In this document: in pieces, positions 1 to 17,631 of the stretch
How positions within the stretch are numbered: position 1 is the first letter of the stretch
Layout: each line of letters opens with the position of its first letter
From: the human T2T-CHM13v2.0 reference genome, Homo sapiens
Assembly: GCF_009914755.1 (NCBI RefSeq)
Contig: NC_060929.1
DNA: 64,000 bases
Direction: 5' to 3' (one strand)
The notes under the pieces: generated by a model
Databases searched by the model: none
What the model was told of the DNA's origin: nothing
Seen by the model: only the letters and a program-made list of their open reading frames with translations
Translations under genes and position numbers: made by a program

Positions 1-1075
1 AAGTGACTGACAGGCATGAAAAAAAATGCTCAACGTCACTAATCATCAGAGAAACGCAACTCACAAGCACAATGAGATACCTTCTGACGCCACTCAGAAT
101 GGCCCTTCGTCCACGTCAAAACATAAGATGCTGGTGAGGTAGCAGAGGACAGGGAAGGCTGCTACACTCTCAGTGTGAATGCAAACTAGCTCTCACAATG
201 TGGGAAGTGGCCTGGAGATTACTCAGAGTACTTACAAAAGAACTACCCTCTGACCCAGCAATCCCACCACTGGGTATCTACCCAAAGGAAAACAAATGCT
301 TCTAACAAAAGGACACACACACTCCTGTGTTTTCAGAACTGCTATTCACAAGAACTAAATGCTGAGATGGACCTATGTGCAAATCAACAGTGGATTATTA
401 TTATTAAAGTTTGGTACATAGACACCGCAAAATTCTACGTAGATTGAAAAAGAAATCATGCCCTCAGCAGCAACAAGGATGGCCCTGGAGGCCACTATGC
501 TAAGCAAGCTAAAACAAGGACAGAAAACCAAATACATCATGTTCTCACTTATAGCTGGAAGCTAAACGTTGAACACACCCAAACATAAAGATGAAAAAAA
601 AAAAACAAAACAAAACAGACACTAGGCCAACCAGACGGAAAAAGGAGGAAGACAGGGAGACCTGGCAGTAGAACCGCTCGACTGCTGCTGCACTCACTGC
701 CTGGGTAACGGGGTTCATTGGGAACCCAAGTTCAGCTCCCTGCTATACACCCACGTGCCCCACCTGCAAACCCCACCCTTTACTCACAATACAAGTAGGT
801 GTCACTTTAGAAACCAAGGCTAGGAGCTGAAAATAAGTTCTTAGAAAAGGAAAAGAGGAAACCTACAGTGATCCAAACAATTCGTTACTGGCATAAACAG
901 AGAAAGACACTGAATGGACAAAACTGGGGAGGCAAATAATCAACCTAGAATTTTACATAGTGAAAACATAGTTTGCAAAAGCTCACTGAAGGCATAACTG
1001 TTGAGAAAACTGGGTATTCATGTGCCAAAGATTGAAACAGTTCCCTTATGTTGTATAATACATAAAAATCAATGC

Positions 1076-1368
<293 letters not shown>

Positions 1369-3207
1369 TCAATGCAAAACCAATTGAACACCCAAATTCA
1401 ATCCTGAAACCAAAAAACTCCAAGGGGAAAACACAAGATCAGCGTTTCTTTGTGGGAAAACTTGAATCTGTGTACCCATAGACAATACCACGGCTTCACC
1501 ATCCCCCTTCTCTCCCTCTCAACGGGACACAGAAATCACTGCTAACAAAAGCAAATATCAGCATTTGAGACTAAGAAACACTTTAGACCTCTCTACATGG
1601 GAGAGAAAACAACGAACCCAAAGAGAAGGTATCCTACCTTGGGGGAAAAGATGATTGGGGGAAAATTATGGAAAATCATAAATTTCAAACCTATTCAAGA
1701 AACTAAAACTACTAAGTGGGGGGAAAGGATAAAAACAAATACACAAGCGACAAACGTGCAAAGGACATGCGATAGCCACTTCTGCAAAGAAAACATGAAA
1801 TTGACTCACAGCTAAAAGAAGAGTGGCACCCCATCACTCTCACGCCAGACATACACTAAGATACTGTCAAACTCCACTGAGAATGAGCATTACTCAAAGG
1901 AGCAATAGAAGTTTTGGAAGGCAGGGGCCTATGTAGATTCATGCAAAGGGAAACTCGTATACGCTATTGGTGGCACTGAAAATTAGTGTATATACTGTGA
2001 AAAAAAGTTGGAGCTTCCTCAAAAAATTAAAACCACTTCCAGTTCATCTAGTCATTCCCACACTCGGTTTTTCATTTACAGCAAAGGAAACCTGTCCCTT
2101 AAGGAGTTACCTGCCTTCCTGTGTTTAATGAAGCACAATTCACGATACCCAAGATAGGGAATCAATCTACCTGACCATCCACAGGTGAAGGGATGAGGAA
2201 ACTGTGGGATATCCGCACAACACAATACTCCTCGGCCACATGCAAATCATGTCCTTCTCATTTGGAACAACATGGATGAACCTGGAAAATATTATGTTAA
2301 GTAAAATAAGCCAGGCATAAGAAAGACAAGCACAGCATCATCTCACTTATATGGAATCCAAAATCTTTACCTTCAAGAAGTAGAAGTACAGTGGTGGTTT
2401 GCTGAGCAGGGGGAATGAGGGGGATGTGAAAGATTCATTTTGGAAACATAGTTGCAGTTAGATGACAGAAACACATTCTGGTGTTCTATACCACAGCTGG
2501 GTGACTGGTTAACAAAATATTGTGTGGTATTTTTCAAAAAAGCTAGAAGGGAACGATTTGTTCTCTCAACAGAGAAATAATACCTGATCTTTGGAAACAG
2601 ATATGCTAAGTACCTTGGTTTGATCATTACTCAAAATACACATATATTAACATATCTCAGAGGAACAAAATGTCTCAGCATGCCCTCTAATAATGTACTT
2701 TACTATACACAGAACATTTAAGAAATCTGAATACATAATGCTAATATTCACATGAAACCACAAACGGCCCTGAATACCTGAGGTGCCCTGAGAAATACAA
2801 ACTAAGTTGGAGGGCTTACAATCCTTGATATCGAGTTACATCCCAAAGCTGTAGGTATCCAAAATACGTGTTTGTGTGAGGTGCCACTGGGCTCCAGCCT
2901 GGGTGGCAGAGTGATACTCTGTCTCAAAAACAAAACTGTTTGAAAATTTGAGTGCATTATGAGTGACAACTGGATGTTATCAAACATGTATAAAGAAAAC
3001 AAAATTCTAAGCCTAAAAATACATATCTAAACTAATACTGGGCAAAAAAATCTGAATAGACATCTCAGCAAAGATGACATGAAACTGGCCAACAGGTGAG
3101 AGAAAAGGTCCTCAGCATCGCTATTCATCAGGAAAAATGTACTTCAAAACCATTCAGATGCCATTTCACTCTTACTGAAATGAATGTTACTAAAAAGATT
3201 TAAAACA

Positions 3208-3499
3208 TATTTTTTTGAGACAGGGACTTACTCTGTCCCCAAGGCTGGAGTGCAGCGGCAAGATCTCCGCTCACTTGAAGCCTTGACGTCCCAGGCTCAA
3301 GTGATCCTCCCACCTGAGCCTCTGAAGTAGCTGGGACTACCGGCATGCACCACCACGCCTGGCTAGTGTTGTATTTTTTTGTAGACATGGGGTTTTGCCA
3401 TGTTGCCTAGGCTACTCTCAAATTCCTGGACTTCAGTGATCTGTCTACCTCAGCATCCCAAGGTACTGGGGTAACAGGCGTGATCCACTGTGCCTGGCC
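3208..3499 (-). mobile_element. AluJ-type SINE
   Basis: Reverse-complement Alu dimer with 'ggctcaagtgatcctcccacc'. Confidence 0.9.
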
Positions 3500-3647
3500 A
3501 TAAAAAAAAAATTTAAAAAGAAGAATGCTGGTATAGATATAGAGAAAAGGGAACTCTTACACACTGTTTGTGGGAAAATAAATTAGTATATAAACTATGC
3601 TAAAGAGTTGGAGGTCCCTCAAAAAACTGAAAACACAACTAGTAGGA

Positions 3648-3905
3648 GGCCAGTGTGGTCATATCGCTTGAGCTCAGGAGTTTGAGACCAGCCTTGGCAA
3701 CGTGGCAAAATCCCATCTCTTACAAAAAAAAATTAGCCAGGCATGGTGGGATACGCCTGTAGTCCCAGTTACTCAAGAAGCTGAGGTGAGAACATCACTT
3801 GATCCTGGGAGGTCGAGGCTGCAGTGTGCCATTTCACTCTTACTAGAATGAATGTTGCTCCAGCCTAGGCAACACAGCAAGACTCTGTCTCAAAAAAAAG
3901 AAAGA
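3648..3905 (+). mobile_element. AluJ-type SINE with an internal 30-bp templated replacement
   Basis: Alu dimer in which the right-arm segment between gcagtg and ctccagcc is replaced by a copy of 3159-3188. Confidence 0.85.
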
Positions 3906-4218
3906 AAATGTAACTACCATATGATCAGCAATCCCCCTACTGGGTAGACCTCCATAGCAAATGGAATGAGCATCAGGGATCAGAAAGACACAATGGGGAT
4001 AAGAGATGTTCTTCATTAAATGGTTTTGAGAAAACCAACATCCCTATTGCAAAAGAATGAAATACAACCCTCTGTTACACAATGCAAAAAATCAACTCAA
4101 AGTGGACCTAAATACAAGACCTGAAACCATGAAAATAATAAAATTCCTGTATGCAAAAATAGGGGAGGTTACTTTCAGAGCAACTTGAATCCATGTCCAC
4201 AGGTTGGAAAGAGTTTTA

Positions 4219-4613
<395 letters not shown>

Positions 4614-5367
4614 TTACTTAGGCACTAAAATCACAAGCAACAAAAGCAGAAACAGATATGCAAGAGGCTACAGCAGACTGAAAAGCTGCCGCACGGCAAA
4701 GGAAATGACGAACTCAATGAGAAAGGTTGAAAGAGGGTTTGGGGGACTCACGACGTATCTGCTAAGGGCTTGTTATGGAAAATACAGAACAGAACATATA
4801 CACAGTACTCAGTAGCAACAACAACGAGAAAAAAGAACAAATGATCCACCGCAACTTGGGCAGGGACCCTGAAATGTATTTCTGCAAAGACAACATTAAA
4901 CTGCAGTGAAGCTCCCTACCCCATCAGGTGGCCATGACAGGACGTACAGGAGGGCACACTTGCTGCCGGCGGGTGGAGAAAAGCGGCCCCTGTGTCCTGG
5001 CAGCTGGAACGCACATTTTCATACCTACGGAAACCTGGAGGCAGCTAGATCTCTTTTCCTCTTTCTGAGGCTTGGACACCTGCAGCCAAACCTGGACCTG
5101 GCCCCTTCCCTCAACCTGGGCTGGGTTTCCCCTTATTCCAGCAGCTGCAGCTTCCCTCTGTATCTACATGGGGGAGTTTCCCTGAGAAAAAATCCCGAAC
5201 CCCTAAAAATACCACAGCCTGCTATGTTGCCACCCTCAAAAGCCCCTGGTGGGGAAACGAAAAACACTGAAAAACAAAGACTAAAATACTACCAGAGAAA
5301 GAGCAAAACGACTGAGAACCTGACAAGAAGAAACAGAACATAGAAGAAAATGTTCTTCTATACTCAC

Positions 5368-5710
5368 CTTGAAGGAAAAATGCTGGAGCAGTCGCGCTGT
5401 GGAGAAGCCCGCACAGAAGGAAGCTCCCTCCTCAGCAGTCAGCACCAGGGACGGGAGCTGTTTCTTCCCCAGGACAGGGGCCCAGGTCATCTGGAAGCTG
5501 CCAGCGGCACCCAGTGGGGTCCTGAGGGAACGGAGCTCTTCTCTTGTCCTCACTGTGGATGCCATGCCACGCCACACATGCCACACCGCCTCCATGGCGG
5601 GGGTGGGGAGAGAGGAGAACACACATGCGCACCACGTGCGGGCAGAAAAGGTGGTTTGGCCCTGCCTGCTGCTCACAGTGCGCGTGGCACGCAGGCTGAT
5701 CCCATCTCCA
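5368..5710 (-). ncRNA. Candidate first exon of a minus-strand non-coding/pseudogene transcript (possibly the AACSP1 5' end); 5' boundary approximate
   Basis: GC-richer, non-Alu/L1 segment ending in a perfect minus-strand donor AAG|GTGAGT (+ strand 'actcac' 5362-5367). The AACSP1 link is from recall that it lies on the opposite strand upstream of ZNF354B; no AACS homology is visible here. Confidence 0.4.
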
Positions 5711-5944
5711 GTATGCATCAGCCCAGGCCATGGCTCCAAGGCTCTGGAACTCCTGCACCTGCTCAGCCTGGGCTGCCACAGCTGCCTCTGCTTTTCTGCA
5801 ACCGCCAATGCTTCCAGTCTTCTTGGAACTCTACTGCTGACAATTTGGGAAGACACAAACAGTCTACAGCAAGGGGATCCAGAATGGGTGGAGGAGTAGG
5901 TTTCTCACAAAGTTGAAACTTCAACTACCAGTCCATCTAGCCAC

Positions 5945-6530
5945 CTTTTTTTCTTATAAATTTGTTTAAGTTCAGTTCCTTATAGATGACGGATATCAGA
6001 CCTTTGTTGGATGCAAAGTTTGCAAAAATATTCTCCTATTCTATAGGTTGCCTCTTTACTGTGCTGATAGTTTCTTCTGCTACGCAGAAGCTCTTCAGTT
6101 TAATTAGATCCCATTCGTCAAATTTGGCTTTTGTTGCCGTTGCTTTTGGTGTCTTTCTCATGAAATCTTCGTCCATGCCTATGTCCTGAATGGTATTGCC
6201 TATGCTGTTGTCAGGGGTTTTTACGGTTTTGGGTTTTACATTTAAATCTGGATAAAGACTATGTGGTAATATACACTATGGAATACAATGCAGCCATAAA
6301 ATACAATGAGATCATGTCCTTTGCAGGGACATGATGGAGCTGGAGACCCTTATCCTTAGCAAACTAACACAGAAAGAGAAAAACAAATATGGGATATTCC
6401 CACTTATAAATGAGAGTCAAATGATGAGAACACATGAACACACAGAGGAGAAAAACACACCCTGGGGCCTATTAGAGGACGGAGGGTGGGAGGAGGGAGA
6501 GGATCTGGAAAAACAACTAACGAGTACTAG
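5945..6530. mobile_element. L1PA-type element with a 5' inversion: antisense ORF2 piece (about 5945-6248) joined to the sense 3' end (about 6249-6530)
   Basis: Antisense 'gcagaagctcttcagtttaattagatcccattcgtcaaatttggc' followed by sense 'ggataaagactatgtgg...catgtcctttgcagggacatg'. Confidence 0.8.
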
Positions 6531-7319
6531 ACAGATTACACAGTCGGAATCGGCTTTACCACTTACTCTCAAGAAGCACTCAGCCTCTTTAGGCCTCAGT
6601 GTTCTTATCTTCAAAATGGGAATTATACTGATATCTTTCTATGGCAGAGACTGCTGTTCTGCCCTAGTTGCCAGTCTCACTTCCAAAGTGACAGAACCCC
6701 ATTTTTGGACTAGGCATATGGCTCCCCAGGATGGAGATTGCATATCCTAGCCCCTCTGTTAGTTAGATATGGCCCTGTCTGTACCCTCCAACTGATGATT
6801 TGCGAGCAAAGCATCACTTAGCAGCTCCCAAGAGCCTTAAGAGGCATATTGATCATGCTCTTTTTTCTTCTTGACTTTCTCTTTCTCCATCCTCTCTGGA
6901 AGCTGATGCTATAATCTTGGACCACTAAGATCAAGGCTCAGAATACAATAGCTACAAAATAAAATATAGTCCCTGAAGTGGAGACTACAAGTCTCAGAAC
7001 CTTAACTTGTGACATAGGATTAGCTGAAGTGGTCAGGTAGTAGGTAGGAATATGCAGATATTGCAGGCTAATGAAAAAGAACAAGATCACGTCCTTTGCA
7101 GGGACATGGATGCAGCTGGAGACCATTATCCTTAGCAAACTAATGCAGAACAGAAAACCAAATACCACATAATCTCACTTATAAGTAGGAGATAAATAGT
7201 AAGAACACATGGACACAGAGAGGGAAACAACACACATCTCCCCGCTGGAGATGTTTCCCAACTTCTTTGTATTATTTACTGTGCTCCTCACATTTAGTTT
7301 ATTATTTTATATCTGATTT

Positions 7320-7592
7320 CATTTTTTGAGGGTCTCACTCTGTTGCCCAGGCTGGAGTACAGTGGCATGATCACACTCACTGCAGCCTCAAGCTCCTAAG
7401 CTCAAGTGATCTATCTGCCTCAGCCTCCTGAGTAGCTGAAAATGCAGGCATGTACCACCACACTGGGTGCATATATATATATATATTTTGGTAGAGATGG
7501 GTCTGTGTTGCTCAGGCAGGCCTTGAACTCCTGGGCTCAAGCCATCCTCCAGCCTCACTCCCCAGTGTGTTGGGAGGCACCGTGCCCAGCCT
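7320..7592 (-). mobile_element. AluJ-type SINE
   Basis: Reverse-complement Alu. Confidence 0.9.
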
Positions 7593-7594
7593 GT

Positions 7595-10390
<2,796 letters not shown>

Positions 10391-10407
10391 TCTAGCCACT
10401 GGATCAG

Positions 10408-11844
<1,437 letters not shown>

Positions 11845-12018
11845 TTACTCCTGGGGATCTGTTTAAAATGCACTGTTAATATTCCATGACCCATCTTTTA
11901 AATTTCCATTCAAAACCCTGCAAATACTCAGAAACAGATTTAAAATCTCAAACCATTGCCAAAATTACAACTTGATTTGTGCAGAGTTGAGAGGAATTTC
12001 CAAAAACATAAGTTCTTA

Positions 12019-12512
<494 letters not shown>

Positions 12513-12565
12513 TCACATGAATATTTCTGTTATTGGAGAGCATCCCATGAAGGACTGGCTTCCAG

Positions 12566-12909
12566 AATCCCTTCTCCTTCCCACTGAGCTGACCCACCTG
12601 TGATTCTGGCTCTCAGGATCTTTGTAGGACACAAGGCTCAGCCTTCTTCATCCTCCATCTCATCAGATTGTCCAACAGAGGCCAGGGAGTCCTCTCGGGT
12701 TCCTCCCCAGATATTACTCAGACTCTAGCAAGCAGCAGGGCCGCAAGATCCCAGCCACTTCTCTGGATCCATAGATGCCTCAACCAATGCAGGGATTCTA
12801 CGCATTTCTGGGCTGCAGCCTGAGGACAGGGCTATTATTGTTGTAAAAGGCACAGCAGCTCAAAAGTTTACAGGATGCTCAAGACCCACGGGGAAGTGAG
12901 ACGCTAACC
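12566..12909 (+). pseudogene. Orphon immunoglobulin lambda variable (IGLV5/clan IV-like) pseudogene V-exon with a decayed 23-bp-spacer RSS
   Basis: From 12673 it reads QQRPGSPLGFLPRYYSDSSKQQGRK, then after a 1-nt frameshift [26 protein letters not shown], then after a small deletion YYCCKRHSSSKV. IGLV5-52 as recalled is [67 protein letters not shown]. It follows an acceptor-like tccag (12561-12565). The RSS is caggatg (12871-12877), a 23-nt spacer ctcaagacccacggggaagtgag, and acgctaacc (12901-12909). Confidence 0.9.
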
Positions 12910-15462
12910 TACTCTCTACTCTCCTGGCCTAGTGCAGTCACCCCTGGTGGTGACTCTGATCAAGTATAGCTCAGAGGGTGACTTCTCTTGTCCGATCTTC
13001 AACCAGCAACTGATTGTCCTCAGACAAATAGGTTTCACAATGCAGTATCACTGTCTTCAGTTTAACTTTTACATTAATTTACTTCTCACTTCTTCTCACT
13101 GGGTTCGTGTTTTTGCAGGCAGAAGTTTCTGGCTTGAAGACAAAAATCTTCAACTAGTTATAGAAAATCAAACAAATGCTTGGCTGCTTTTTAATTGGGC
13201 AGATGAAGTACTTTAATATTGATAAAATGGCTCTAATATTTAAGTAGCACGTTTACAACTCTAAAGATGAAAACTATCAATAACTCCACCAGTCTGACAA
13301 CCAAGCAACAAGAATGCAACCCGTTTGTGGCTTCCTAGCCAACAAACACAGCCCCACTGAGGACAGGGGGAATGAAAAGAAGAAAAAGCATTGCAGCATT
13401 TGCATTAGGCATTTTAATTGTCAAAATGTCACACACAACAATATTGAAAATCACGTCACTGGAAACGATTCAAAGCTGAATGCCACATTCATAATGGCAA
13501 GCAAGATGCGAAAAACTAGAAAAAAAATCCCTTCTTTTGCTCTGAATTACATAGGAATGGTGACCAATCTTATTTAAATTTACAAAATTTATCTACATTA
13601 CTATGGATTTCTAATATGCTGCCTCCTTAGCTTTCCCTGCAAATATAACAAAGGAGAGAGTCATCCAGGATGATGGGGCAGCACAGAGTCGAGTGCAGGC
13701 CTGAGCACCATCTGCAACAATGACAAGCTCTTACTTGCTCAGGTCTTCATTCAAATGGTAAACCACACATTCCAATACTCAAACAGAACAGGGCTGTCCA
13801 TATTCACATGTGGCTCCAGTTTCCTCATCCATAAGAAAAAAACCTTTCTGGCTCTAATAGCTTTTGATTTTTAGAAATAAAGTTTAGAAGGTCTGTTTCA
13901 TCTAGAAACACTAATTACAAAAAAAAATACTATATTCTAGGGCATTTTAAAACTTTTTCTTTACAGGACCTAAATGTTAACAGTTAATCTTTAGAAAATA
14001 ATATTTGAAATCCCCTACTACGTAGCTATTAAAACGTCTAAATTTTGCACCAACTTTTGTTAACCCTGGAGGCATTTACTCTTATATCCATGTTAGGAAC
14101 ATTTACTTGGATTAACAGAAATGTGTTGAGTGCCCTTTAAACATTTCCACACAATATGTCATTATAATCTTGTGAAATAGTCTGTATTTTCTTCTAAAGA
14201 ATCTTTTCAGTCAAATGTTTAATCCATTTAGGAATTTGTGTTGAACTAAAGTAATTCAGTCAAAACTACCAATTAACTAGCTGCAAGCAAATACTACTAA
14301 AGTGTGTTTCTGATAATTCACCTCTTAATGATTGGTAAATAAGGAGATGAAAAGCAAAATGGGGATTCTGAGCAATAAAATGTTACCATTGTTCCTTCCA
14401 CTTTGCCTACCCAACAGAGCAAGATTAATGTCTTATCATTTATTTATCTGAGCCAATCGCTTGTCATTAAACTTCACTAGATCAATGTTAATGCCTTAGT
14501 AAATCAGTTGCACTACTGGAGTGTCCTTGAGTATCTAGTTGCACTTGTATATATTTCTCTTTTGTATACACATTCTCATATAAACGCTAGTATAATGCAA
14601 AACATCCCAGATCTACCAGAGTAAGTCGATAATTCAAAGGCACAGTAAATTCCAAGAAATGGCAGCACATATACATGTTGGCTTATTCCAATGTCTGCCA
14701 TCAATGCAAAAAATGTGACCTGTCTGTACTTGACACAAGGGATCTCTAGTCCTGGCTCATACCATTGCATGAGAACAGGTTATTACATTTTCAGGAACTT
14801 CTGAGAGTTTATTCTTAATAAAGTCATCATTAAAATGCATTCTATAAACTTCCAACTAAATTATATTAAAACAATAATACTTAAGACTCCTCATATTCTA
14901 ATTATTTCAGTATATTTTATTATCTATGTTCATGGTGCATCTACTCAATCTGTATGGTAGAATTATCCTAGGATGGTGTGCTAGCATCCATCTCGTCCCA
15001 ACTCATCAGTGACATCAGCTTGGTAGCTTGAATCTGGCCATGATATCCTTACCTACAACACAGAAATGTGCAAATACTACAAGCCAAGTTTTGTGTTTTT
15101 CAGTGAGTCAGTTGTTAAGCATTTACCAGCACACCACTGGATTTGGACAACCCGGGCACGATCCCTGCTCTCTTGTAGTCACCAAAAATGCAAGATGCTA
15201 TGGGACTAGTTAGCAAGACTATGGGATCAGGAAAGAACTACCGGAGAATATGTTACTTAAGTAGAGTCCCAGTGAATGAGTCAAGGTTAAACAGGTGGGC
15301 AATGAGGATAAAGAAGTTGTTTTACCAAGCAAGGGGAAAACAGACTGCAGGATGGAGCCTCATCCCAGAGATTCAAAGCCCAGGGTGCTAGTGACGGAGT
15401 ACAAAGAGATAAGGCTGAAAAGATGCAAGACAAATCTTACATATTTTAAGAAAAGGCACTCA

Positions 15463-15771
<309 letters not shown>

Positions 15772-16283
15772 TCATGACTGTATTAAAAACACTGGGAAGC
15801 TACTGAAGATTTTTAATCATGGGGTTAGAAGGAAGAGAGATGAGAACTCTCTTGACACTTGACTGAACTGGAAAAGGAACCAAAAGATTGTCCAAGAAAA
15901 GACAGACAAAAATGACCACCAGGCTTCCCTGGCAACGTAGCTAGAAGCAAAATCTTTCTGAGCATGCAGCCGTATTGTATTTTTATTTAATGATCGCTTA
16001 AATGCTCGACTCCACTAATATAAACATTATTAAGCATATACAAAAGAATAGGGAATTTTAAAAAGTGAGATAAAATACAGTTATGTAAAGTTCTGATCTC
16101 TATTTCCACACTTCCATGGTTCTGCAGCCAACTTCACAGGCCACTGCTGAAGCCAGCTTTGGAAGATGAAACATAGGATGCACAGGCAACGGGACTTGGT
16201 GAGGACTGCATGGAGCTGGGGCCAGATGCCACTGTCAGGGAAGATCTAGCTCATGCCAAGAAATCCAAACTAGCATAAACCTT

Positions 16284-16772
16284 TTCAAAACCTGGCACCA
16301 TGGCTGTAACCAAACTCCCCCCAGCTTGCCTACTGACTGCATCACAACAGTGGGGCAGTATTTCCTGGTACTCAGTTTCACCCGAGGCAAACAGAAAATG
16401 TTAAACAGGAAATGCTAATGTGTGTGTGTGCGCCTGCCTGTATGGGTGTGCGTGTACATGTGAGTGTGTATGTGCACACACGAGTGTGCATGTGAGTACA
16501 TGTCTATGTGTGCATGTGAATGTATGTGTATCTTGAGTATATGAGCATGTTAGTATCTGTGTGCACATAAGTGTACATGTGTATGTATATAAGTGTGTGC
16601 GTGTGTGTTTGCACTCACTAGTCTGGGGGCTGGTTTGTGAGAGTGGGGCGAGGAGCTGCTGGTGTCACACAAGGCTTGCGATAACAGAAAACATTTTTTC
16701 TTCCCAGTAAAAACAAATCCCAGCCTTCTAGCGGTGACTCGCACCCTCTCAATCTCACTCTCCACCTGCTCC
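16284..16772 (+). repeat. Copy 1 of a diverged ~490 bp direct duplication containing a (TG)-rich tract
   Basis: 'ttcaaaacctggcaccatggctgt'...'gtgactcgcaccctctcaatctc' recurs at 17145-17631. Confidence 0.9.
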
Positions 16773-17144
16773 TTGTTCCCCCATCTGCCCCTCCTCTCTC
16801 CTTCAGAATGTTTTCTGCAGTGCTTTTTCTCATCTTAGCTTGCTCTCTCCTTCGTTCAGCCTTCTAATCATCTTGTCCATTCTTCCTGTTTCTCACTCCT
16901 GTTTCTGTCCCGTCATCACTCTCCTGGGAATTTTTGCTAAACGGCAGAGGAAGGCTGAGAGTGTTTAACACAGAAATTCTTTATTTCTCCTGCACGTCCT
17001 CATTACAGAAGCATCTACAATAATGTCCACTTGCACACACAGCTCCTGACCCTCCACGGGGGGCTGGTATTGCGGATGGGGTGTGGAGGCAGCAGAGGAA
17101 CATTGGGAAACGTCTATGGATCCAGGCTCAGCTCAGAGGCTGAG

Positions 17145-17631
17145 TTCAAAACTTGGCACCATGGCTGTGACCACATTTCCCCTAGTCTGCCTACTGACGG
17201 CATCACAATGGTGGAACAGTGTCTTCTGGCCCTCGTTTCACCAGGGGCAAACAGAAAACGTTAAAAAGGAAATGTTAATGTGTGTGAGTGTGTGTGTGCC
17301 TGTATCGGTGTGCAAGTACTTGTATGCATATGCACACACAAGTGTGCAATGTGTGTACACATGTGAATGTCTATCTTGAGTATATGAGCATGTATTTATA
17401 TGTGCACATGAACATGTGTGCACATGAATGTAATGTGTGTGTATGTGTGTGTGCATGTGTGTTTGGACTCACCAGTCTGGGTGCTGTGGTTTGTGAGAGT
17501 GGAGCAAGGAGGAGCTGCTGGTGTCACACAAGGCTTGTGATAACAAAGAACCTATTTTCTTCTCAGTAAAAACAAATCCCAGCCTTCCAGAGGTGACTCG
17601 CACCCTCTCAATCTCTCTCTCCACCAGCTCC
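17145..17631 (+). repeat. Copy 2 of the diverged ~490 bp direct duplication
   Basis: 'ttcaaaacttggcaccatggctgt'...'gtgactcgcaccctctcaatctc'; the ORF track gives parallel peptides (EIERVRVT..RLGFVFT). Confidence 0.9.

Noticed and set aside
5281-5916. Four overlapping ORFs of 115-191 aa
   Set aside because: No domain similarity, mutually overlapping on both strands, and crossing splice signals; more consistent with a non-coding GC-rich exon.
12851-12857. cacagca as the RSS heptamer of the V segment
   Set aside because: It falls within the CDR3 codons (His-Ser) and is not 12 or 23 nt from a nonamer; the relic RSS at 12871-12909 fits better.
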